Below are positions 62,473 to 64,000 of a stretch of DNA of 64,000 nucleotides, piece after piece. A model generated the notes under the pieces. The model did not search any database and was not told where the DNA came from. It saw only the letters and a list, made by a program, of their open reading frames with translations. The stretch comes from an uncultured Chthonomonadaceae bacterium. GTDB lineage: Bacteria > Armatimonadota > Chthonomonadetes > Chthonomonadales > Chthonomonadaceae. The position numbers and the translations under genes were made by a program. Location: positions 128,001 through 192,000 of the forward strand of contig CAWIEK010000050.1 of assembly GCA_963835065.1 (NCBI GenBank). Reading direction: 5' to 3'. Position 1 is the first letter of the stretch. Each line of letters begins with the position of its first letter.

Positions 62473-63351
62473 ATGCCGGAAGGAGAGGAAGAGCGCGAAC
62501 AGGTGCAGTGGGAGCGGATGCTGCCGCGCGAATTTCGGGCGGCAATGGCGAAACTGCCGGTCGTGTTTTTGCCGTTGGGTACGGTGGAGTGGCATGGGGA
62601 ACACAACGCGCTCGGACTGGATTCACTGAAAGCCCATGCGCTGTGCGTTCTTGCCGCGCGGCAGACGGGCGGCATCGTGCATCCGCCTTTGTATGGCGGC
62701 ATGGGTGGGCTGGATATGCCCGCGACCGTTGTTGTTGAGGAAGAACTGGCGTGGGAAAACTATCTGCTGCGCCCCTGGCTGGAAAAACTCTGCTCTGAGT
62801 TTCAACGCATCGGCTTCAAAGCCATCCTCATGCTGACTGGACACTATGGGCATAATCAGCAAATTGTTGTCCGCGAAACCGCCGCGCGCATGACGCAGCG
62901 GCTGCAAATCCCGGTTTTGGGAACGCCGGAATACTGGCTTGCGCACGATGTGGGGTATCTGGGCGATCACGCGGGTATCGGGGAAACGTCCCTGCTGTGG
63001 CATCTGCATCCCGAACTGGTCGCTATGGAGCGCATCCGCGAAGACCCGGAGTACGGCGCAACAGACAGAATCGAAAAAGGCTCCTCGCCGGAATTAGGGC
63101 AAAAGTACGCGGAGGTTATTGTCGGGCGGCTGTCGCAATTGGCGGCGGCAATGGTAAATTGGGACAGCGCGACGCGGACAGCGTTTGCCCATGCGGAACG
63201 GGCCTTGACGGACGCGCAGGTACGTGGCTGGCGCGAAAACCATGCGTGGGCCGCGTGGAGCGCGATACGGGACAAAGGCCTGACGCAGTACGGAGCCATG
63301 CTGACAACACAGGATTTTGCGGGGATTGAAGCGATGGCGGCGCAGTTGTAA
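62473..63351 (+). CDS. Creatininase family protein
   Basis: PLGTVEWHGEH...D, GHYG and DHAGIGETS motifs. Confidence 0.85.
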   Translation: MPEGEEEREQVQWERMLPREFRAAMAKLPVVFLPLGTVEWHGEHNALGLDSLKAHALCVLAARQTGGIVHPPLYGGMGGLDMPATVVVEEELAWENYLLRPWLEKLCSEFQRIGFKAILMLTGHYGHNQQIVVRETAARMTQRLQIPVLGTPEYWLAHDVGYLGDHAGIGETSLLWHLHPELVAMERIREDPEYGATDRIEKGSSPELGQKYAEVIVGRLSQLAAAMVNWDSATRTAFAHAERALTDAQVRGWRENHAWAAWSAIRDKGLTQYGAMLTTQDFAGIEAMAAQL

Positions 63352-63513
63352 ATAAGAGGCTTTCGTTTTGTCGAACTCGGCAAAATGGAAGCCTTTTTGT
63401 GCGCGTGAACCGTAGGCAATGTTGGCAGCGTAATAGAAATCAGAGATTGATGTGGAAATCATGTAGGATTGTGGAACAATAGAACGAATTCTCTTGCGGA
63501 AAGTGATGCGAAT

Positions 63514-64000
63514 ATGGAATCTACCGAAGATTTAACGCCCAGTCAGATTGTTGCCGAACTGGACAAATATATTGTGGGACAGAAAAACGCCAAGCGGGCG
63601 GTTGCCGTCGCGCTGCGCAATCGCTATCGCCGCCGCCTGTTGGGGGAAGATTTGCGGGACGAAGTGATTCCCAAAAATATTCTGATGATCGGGCCGACAG
63701 GTGTGGGCAAAACCGAAATCGCGCGGCGATTGGCGCTGCTGGCCCGCGCGCCGTTTATCAAGGTGGAAGCCACGAAGTTTACGGAAGTCGGGTACGTGGG
63801 GCGGGACGTGGATTCAATGGTGCGCGATCTGGTTCAGGTCGCTATTCGGCTGGTGGAAACGGAGCGCGTGGCCGAAGTGCAGGCGGCGGCGGAGGAGCGC
63901 GCCACAAGCCGCATCGTCAACATTTTGCAGCCGGAGCGAACGGGAAGCAGCCGCCGGAGGAATGAGGCCGATTCGCCGGATATGGCCGGCAGCCTGCGCG
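63514..64000 (+). CDS. hslU: ATP-dependent protease ATPase subunit HslU (truncated by the window end)
   Basis: Manual translation: [31 protein letters not shown]...[22 protein letters not shown]...[17 protein letters not shown]. Confidence 0.96.
   Translation, partial: MESTEDLTPSQIVAELDKYIVGQKNAKRAVAVALRNRYRRRLLGEDLRDEVIPKNILMIGPTGVGKTEIARRLALLARAPFIKVEATKFTEVGYVGRDVDSMVRDLVQVAIRLVETERVAEVQAAAEERATSRIVNILQPERTGSSRRRNEADSPDMAGSLR

Overview
Bacterial chromosomal window of about 55 genes. The gene mix (PEP-CTERM proteins, a BTAD/ATPase/TPR regulator, a DUF1501 + PSD1 cytochrome pair, minCDE, flagellin, hslU) suggests Armatimonadota or a similar soil/aquatic lineage; this is inference only. At least seven otherwise intact genes are split by apparent small frameshifts, probably long-read consensus errors. 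The standout locus is a minus-strand three-gene cluster at 47691-54901: a 1615-aa beta-rich protein ending in 24 regularly spaced His-x-Asp motifs, a radical SAM/SPASM enzyme with no N-terminal RRE, and a Cys-motif (CxxCC / HxPCxxxC) accessory protein. It looks like a system that post-translationally modifies the tail of a very large protein. Other notable structure: two copies of a TTA-flanked MITE that sit exactly at stop codons, two orphan 3'-end gene duplications, a nucleotidyltransferase pair bracketed by ~98-bp direct repeats, and many heptamer repeat arrays, some translated in frame inside proteins. No rRNA, tRNA, CRISPR array or transposase was recognised. All family assignments come from motif recognition by eye, not from database searches.
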